Shown here piece after piece: positions 57,701-64,000 of a stretch of 64,000 bases of DNA (within the stretch, counting starts at the first letter, position 1; every line of letters begins with the position of its first letter). Source of the stretch: Endomicrobiales bacterium (lineage in GTDB: Bacteria > Elusimicrobiota > Endomicrobiia > Endomicrobiales > CAWCFT01); assembly GCA_963794945.1 (NCBI GenBank), contig CAWCFT010000004.1, positions 224,001 to 288,000 of the forward strand. Reading direction: 5' to 3'. A model generated the notes under the pieces. It was not told the origin of the DNA and did not search any database. It worked only from the letters and a program-made list of their open reading frames with translations. The position numbers and the translations under genes are program-made.

Positions 57701-60700
57701 AGTTATTCGGCCCCGCAACTGAAAGGTCTTCTATGGCCAGCGCTTCCTGAGCGACTCCTGCTCCGGAAGGTTCCGGCGGATTGTCTTCGGCTGTGCCAGT
57801 GATATTGGTAAGGTTGGAATAATACAGGGAGTTAGACGGAACACTTACACGAGAATCCGGGTTTGTGTTGTCATAAATGAACCACGTGTCAAACGCCGGG
57901 ACATCGCTCGCGGCCTCTGAGGAACCCGCAACGTTCCACGCAAGAGATGTAGCGTCGTACCTGTTGCCAGATGTGAACGTCAGCGATGCGACAGCGGTTG
58001 TGTAGGACCATGTTGACTGGTAGAGCGCATCCACCACTACCCATGACGACACATTTGTGTTCTGCCACCCTTGTGAGCCATACCAGCTGCGCAATACTGT
58101 ACCCGAGCCGACATTCTTTTCCTGCAAACGCAAATTAACGTTCTGTACCCCTGAATACGTATCGTATTGGTTGCCTGAAATTCTGGCTATGCTTGAAAGG
58201 TAACTGCCTTGAGCTGGATATGTCACGGTCGAAGTTGGTGTTATATTATCGTAGCTGAACGTTGCTTCGGTATAGGCGGAAGAAGTGAGCGCCACGTTAT
58301 AAGCGAACGCGCGCACGAGATACTGGGTATTGTTTACCCACGTAGGCGAATTCGGGCTGTTGGACTGGCTGTGTGTCCAGAGCGTTGTTCCCTGAGCCGT
58401 GAAGAACTGCGGCGAATTCGAAGTGAACCCTGAATTGCCATCCCACCACAAACCGCCGGGCGGGTTTTGCTCGTATGCGACCTTGACAGAAGCTATACCA
58501 TAAGGATCCGACGCCGTTCCAGATATCGTGGGCAGAGAATTTTCCCAGGCTCTATTCGGAAGCGTAATACCGGCCATAGGAGCGGTATTTTCATAAGTGA
58601 AATACAGCCTGTTGGCGGGTATTATGGTAGCCGGATTCTCCTGGTTGCCCGCACGGTCTGTGGCTATGGCCTGAACCATATACTGATAACCGTTCTGAAG
58701 CGGCGGGCACTGCCACGACCACGTGTATGTCGGCCCTGAGCCACTCACTGTCGCAGTGGAATAGACTGGGCTCGCCCCCTTGTAGTTGAATGTCGAAGAT
58801 GCCGGGTTCCACCAGCACTCTCCATGGTTGGTTTCCAAAATAGCGACAAAAACATTCTGATTGGCCACACCCGCCGGCCAGTCATATGCGGTGCCCGTTA
58901 TAACAGGGATAAAGTTTATAAGGTTCGATCCGCCGTAGTTAGGGTACGTAACCGCGACCGTAGGCGCTTCAACATCAAACATTACGGACGTTGAAGACAA
59001 TATAACCTGAACGTTAGGATTGTTTGCAATTGTAGCGTCAACAGCATTATCTTTTGCGCGGGCGTAAATTGTATACTGCTTTGGCTCGGCCCACGGAACC
59101 GAAGTAGCGTCATAACTCCATGTGGGAGGATTTCCGGCAGCCGTTGTTGCCTGTATCCAATATTGTGTACCCTGGCTCACCCATCCGCCTGCTCCGTTAT
59201 ACCATGTAGTACCCTGGCCTATATCTTGTATCGCTATCTGAACAGACCCTATCCCTGAAAGAGTGTCATTAGCCGTGCCTGATATTAGAGGGACAATGCT
59301 TGCAAATTGAACATTAGGGAGTGTCACTGTTGCAGTCGGGAAATCTATATCGTAAACAAAAGTAACAGTGTTCTTGCCTACACTGTACACCGTCTCAACA
59401 TTCTGCGGAAATGCATTGTCCGTAGACTTGCTCACTATCGTGTATGAATGGCCGTCCTGCATCTTCGATGCATAACCTGAATACTGCCAGTTTGTCGGCG
59501 TTCCCTGCGTAACCAGCCATTTGTTGTTTTCTCCTATCGACGCGCTAAAATCCCACGCCGAACCGGTCCACCCGTAATACTCCCCAAGGGTGTTGTCATA
59601 TATGTAAATACCGGTAATGTTCACTCCTGACGTATCGTCAAAAGCTGTTCCTGAAATATTGGGAAGGTTCCTGTAGTAAACCGAATTAAGCGGCAAAGTT
59701 ATAGTGCTTGTGGGAGCAACGTTATCATATACAAACGTTGTAATAGTGCCTGTTGACGCGTTGCCGGCGCCATCTATTTCCCACGGGGCTATCTGATAAG
59801 TTGCTCCGTTTATAAACGCGTTTGTGATGGTATCAGGGCCTTTTGGATATGTCCAAGTTGTTGTGCCGTTAACAGGCCTGAAATACACTTGGCCGGGCGA
59901 GCCCCATGCAGAACCGGTCCAATAGGAGTTCTGTGACAAAACCCAAATAAGCGATACCATTGTTTGCGTAATACCGCTGGTACCGTCAAATGCCGTACCT
60001 GAAATTGTTCTGCAGCGACGAGTAGTAAGTTATACCAGGCGCCGGAAGAGTCACGACACCTGTGGGATTGCTGATATCGTATGTGAAAGCAGAGCTGGAA
60101 ACCGGCGTTTGGAAGTTAAGTGCGTTGTCCTCGGCCATCGCGCACACCTTGAAAGTTTGGCCGTCAAAATTGTTCCACGGAGGCAGGTTCCAGGTTTGCT
60201 GCCAATTAGCCAGTGTACCCGCGTTAGTCAGCGTGTAAGACGCGGCTGAAAGCGAGAATGACTGAGCGCCCCAGCTCCACCAATTCCCTCCGCCCGCCGG
60301 GTTTTGCTGTATGGCTACTCCGACATTAAGCAAACCGCTCCTGTTGACATTTGCCCCGTCGCTCGCAGTTCCTGAAAGCACGCTTAAGCTGCCTGATTTA
60401 TAGTATGTTCGGCTGGGAAGCTGTATCAATGATGTTGGAGCCGTTCGGTCCCACGTAAACGTTGATATTACCAGCATACTGAAATTGCCGGCGTTATCCA
60501 ATGCAGCCGCTGTAACGGTATACTGTGTGTTGTCTGCCCAAGTCGGCGTATTGTCACCGGTGTTACCGGGGTACAACCATGTGTAGGGATCAGCTGAACC
60601 CTGTAACTGCGTAGCTCTCCAAGTAGTGGTTGACACTCCAAACGATGTGCCGTTCCACCAATTACCGCCAACCTGCTGTATATTTACTACAACATTCTTG

Positions 60701-63700
60701 ACACCGGATTTTGCCCAGGGTAATGACGGGTAATCCTGCACCTGGCCGGATAGCGTAGGCAGAGTATTGTTCGGGCCGTAGTAACCCTGGTTCTGCGGCT
60801 GGACTACAGACACCGTAGGCGGTATAGTATCGAAGAGGATCGTATAGCCGCCCTGCGGGTAAGAATTGTACTGATCGTTCGGCGTTGGATACGCGTTATC
60901 GTACGCCCGCGAACGTATCTTATACCTTCTGCCTGTTTGCCAGGCCGGTACGCTGCTGTATGTCCACGAGCTCTGGTAAACATTGGTCGGATTGAAATAC
61001 TCAGCGGAATTCTGCCATGATGAGCCGTTCCAGTAGGTCGTAGGATATGTCAGGTCCTGGATAGAAACCATCACCTGTCCTACTCCGCTGGCAAGCCTTC
61101 CGGCCGCGGGCGCAATGTCCATCTGTGTGCCGGATATCGTTGCCAGTGAAATGTCATTGGACCCATCGAGCGGGCAAGTCACTACGCTCGTGGGGTTAGA
61201 CACGTCATATATGAACAAGTTCTGGTTCTGGCCTGCGGTATAAATCGATTCCACGTTAGCAGGCTGCGCATTATCCGTAGCTTGCGACTGCACCGTGTAT
61301 GATGTACCATCTACCAAGTAACTAGACCCAATTGAATACTGCCAGTTTGTTGCCGTTCCAAAAGTTGGCAGGGGAGTTTGGGACGCATTCCCAAAACTGC
61401 CTAAACCGTCCCAGTATGCGTTTTTACTCCAGCTGTAAATACTAACCTGAGTTTTGTTAACGCCGCTCGCTGATCCGCCGGTACCAAGGGGATCTATGGA
61501 AGTTCCTGATATGGTCGGAAGCGAACTATAATATCTCCCATTTACTGGCAGCGGAGATATGTAAGATGCCGGAGCTGTGTTATCAAATACAAACCCCATT
61601 ACGTTCCCGGTGGAATCGTTGCCGGCAAAATCCAGCGTCCATGGGGTTATATAATATGTAGTACCACTAACCCAGCTGGGAACATTCGTATAATTCCAGT
61701 TAGCTGTACCGGAAACAACCAGCCAATCAATAGCGCCTGTAATATCCCAACCTGACGAGCCGTTCCAGTAGCTAGTTCCCGACTTGATATTTATGCGCGC
61801 GGTTTGTACACCGGACGTCGCATCGAAAGTTGTTCCGGCAATTGCCGCCATCGTTGAATAATATCCGAATGAAGCAGGCGTGGTAACGGTAGCAGTTGGT
61901 TTCGTGATATCGTAAGAGAACACGAAAGATGAAACAACTACCTGCTGGTTGCCGGCACGGTCCGTGGCTGACGAGTAAATGACGTAGGTATTATCGGTCT
62001 GCCAAGAAGGCAGGTTCCAAGATTGTGTCCAGCCGCTCTGCGAAGAATTTCCGCCATTTACTACGGTCCACGAAGCGTTTGATAGCGAGAATGACTGCGC
62101 GCCCCAGCTCCACCAACTCCCGCCCTGAAGCTGTAAGGACAAGAATGTTTGATTGGGCTTTGAATTTATTGGGTTAGGGTCAGTTGTCGTTCCTGAAATG
62201 GTCGCAATGTTAACGTTGGTGTATCTGGTTGAAGGATATGAAATAACAGATACTGGTGGCGTTGAGTCATACGTAATAGTATATGCCAGAGGAGATGAAT
62301 TGTTACCGGCGTTATCCATAGCCTGGGCCGTAATGGAGTACTGCGTTTGGTCCTGCCACACAGGAATAGCTTGTCCGCCAAGCGAGCCCGGGTATTGCCA
62401 GAAGCCGGCTGAATACTGGGTTGGCACCCATGTAGACTGTACCACCCAACTTGAACCGCTCCAATACTTCGACCCGTTGTATATCTGCAACTGTATGTTA
62501 TTAATGTCGGCACATATAAGCGGCAAAGCCGGCAGGTCTACCGCCGTGCCTGTGATCGCGACCAGCGCTGAAGAGGCAGGGCCGTAGAAACCGTTGTTTT
62601 GCGGCGCGCCTATCTGTACCAGCGGCGGATTTGTGTCATACGTTATTACGTAACCGCCCTGCGGGTACTGCGTGTCCTGGTCATTGCCGCCAGGGACAGC
62701 CTGGTCAATAGCTTTTGAACGGATCAGGTATTGTTTGCCTGTTTGCCACGGGAGCAGGGATGGGTTAGAGAACGTGAAGGTCCACGTGCTTGAGTTGTAC
62801 ACCGTGCTGTTCCAGAATGTCGAGTTGGTCCAAGATCTTGATGTATCGTTCCAGTAGGTCGTGCCGCTCGCTATATCGTTTATCGATATTTTCACTGACC
62901 CTACGCCCGACATAACCGCGTTCGCGAACGGAGCGACATCGTTGGCCGTGCCGGAGATAGTCAGAAGCGCGCTGTAATTTCCGGCATTGACCGGATAGTT
63001 TACCGTTGATGTGGGTGCAGTTACGTCATAAGCGAACGCAATAGAGGTTACACCGACACTGAATGTTTGCCCTGTATTAATGGCATTATCTATACCGCGG
63101 CTTAAGACCATGAAATTGTATCCGCTCTCGGTTTGAGTAAATAGAGTTGGTGGATTGCCATAGGTCCAAGTTGAAATAATCGCACCAGCGTAAGTTACAG
63201 GATTCCCGCCCGTGTAATCAAACCAGTCCGTTCCGGTGCCTGACGCCCAGGAACCGCCTTTCCAGTAATTGCCGGTATTTAGGTTCTGTATCTGCACCTG
63301 AACGTCCTTTACACCCGTGAAATCATCGGTTGCAGTACCTGTTATCTGCGGTAAAGACCTATAAATCACACCTCCTTGCGGAACGTTAAGCCTTGTTGCG
63401 GAGGCTGCGTATCGATCTGGAAAGTTGTTGTTGAAAAATTGGTTTCGACGTTCTGGGCTGTGCTTACCGCTGAAGAGTTCATGGAGTAGGTTTGCCCTGA
63501 AACCCAGTTGGACGCACTGCCGAAATTGTAATACCACCACGTGCCGCCAGCTGTCAGGTTCTGCGTGGTTATCCAGGTAGAAACGTTCAGTTGCCAGCCG
63601 GTTCCGTTCCAATAGAAAGTTGAGCCTGCGTTTTGGTAAGCGATGCGTATGTTGGTATATTGAACGCTGTTAGCAATATCATCGTTTGCCGTTCCGGAGA

Positions 63701-64000
63701 TCGCAATAAGGGCGTTGGTTGAACCGTTATACTGCCCGTTAGCAGCCGGCATAACAACCCCTGACCACGGAGGTATAATGTCGACCGTGCAGCTTCTTGT
63801 TGAATACGGTGTCTCGTAGTTTGGCGTAGGTATTACGTTGTCGTTTGCCACTACCCTAATGCGGTATGTTTGCCCCGACACCCAGCTCGGCGCCTGAATA
63901 TACCAGCTGACAACCGGGCTTGCGGGATAATCTGCTCCATAAACAACCGCGGTACCCATAGTAGCAGATTCGGTTTGTGTAGGCGTGCCGTATGCGTTGT
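33778..64000 (-). CDS. Giant repetitive surface/secreted protein (>10,000 aa, start outside the window), fragmented by about 20 or more frameshifts
   Basis: Consecutive minus-strand ORFs abut or overlap. Where junctions were read (about 36770, 38275, 38925, 43378, 60005), repeat units continue across them in a shifted frame. Composition is uniformly T/S/V/G/N-rich with beta-strand patterning, and there is one terminal domain at 33778. Confidence 0.85.
33781..34095 (-). other. C-terminal T9SS-CTD-like / FlgD-Ig-like domain of the giant protein
   Basis: SNFPNP...IVY.L..DA.VTI.LYDLLG.LV...WDG.N..G..VA.GGY....V.......RKIGIIH-stop. Confidence 0.8.
34115..34480 (-). other. Fibronectin type III-like domain of the giant protein
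   Basis: P.AP....VVW.P....SGV..YEIQ...YYYRIRAQNNAG.WGPWS. Confidence 0.75.
35050..39880 (-). repeat. Giant-protein repeat family C: about 8 units of roughly 160-190 aa with a D-x-[DN]-G-[DN]-G-type loop
   Basis: Recurring QG..n..vl...l....W..l.v.r.G...D.Dv..VK.w.D.ng.G.....D..is.G.f...yfv.ydi...A..G.tlG (manual count). Confidence 0.75.
42665..54370 (-). repeat. Giant-protein repeat family B: about 32 units of roughly 110-125 aa
   Basis: Recurring kLqvLvPGEtavPG..tGKtG.p..qtAG.pF.vtV..vD.ywN.....ttDpy.....L..Gt..F.vtlvTa (manual count of PGE/PNE/PNQ motifs). Confidence 0.85.
54750..64000 (-). repeat. Giant-protein repeat family A: at least 24 Trp-rich bacterial Ig-like units of roughly 125 aa
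   Basis: Recurring yD.t.P.s.v..P....y..l..ISGTa.D..sgv..v.i.iq....yWnG..W....W.y....g..Y.i.s.a.DnAgN (manual count of ISGT-like motifs). Confidence 0.85.

Noticed and set aside
169..62857. Numerous plus-strand ORFs of 60-240 aa (e.g. 3974..4549, 13838..14566, 31054..31734)
   Set aside because: Antisense shadows of well-supported minus-strand genes with no recognisable motifs; only motA and motB are credible on the plus strand.
33778..64000. A cluster of many separate adhesin genes or pseudogenes
   Set aside because: Repeat units run through the junctions examined, only one terminal domain exists, and the same indel pattern affects essential aspS.
42665..64000. CRISPR array, DGR or DNA-level tandem repeat
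   Set aside because: The repeats are protein-level and diverged in DNA; no identical 25-45 bp repeat-spacer pattern, cas gene or reverse transcriptase was seen.

Overview
Bacterial chromosomal window, almost all on the minus strand. The gene content and Ser/Thr-rich protein style suggest Elusimicrobiota or a similar diderm lineage; this is an inference, not verified. Left part (1-17 kb): an AT-rich glycosylation module (GT2, B12-radical SAM, methyltransferase, GT39/ArnT-like), the housekeeping run aspS-LysM-phoH-HD-ybeY-2x CNNM-recO-glyQ-glyS, and a MATE pump with a structured leader. Middle (17-33.6 kb): a type IV pilus-like operon (pilB, pilT, pilC, two tandem pilins, pilV/W/X-like, pilM, pilN, pilO-PilP-like fusion, secretin) that continues into a receiver protein, a secreted TPR protein and a TMTC-like GT-C glycosyltransferase. 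It shares a back-to-back promoter region with an atypical motAB pair; no flagellar genes are in the window. Right part (33.8 kb to the edge): about 20 minus-strand ORF fragments join across frameshifts into one giant gene of more than 30 kb (>10,000 aa, start outside the window). It is built from three families of Ig-like repeats, three phage-structural-like inserts, an FN3 domain and a T9SS-CTD/FlgD-Ig-like C-terminus. Frameshifts also hit essential aspS, so most are probably sequencing or consensus indels rather than pseudogenisation. The main candidate new system is the pilus + orphan stator + giant CTD-bearing surface protein + GT-C locus.
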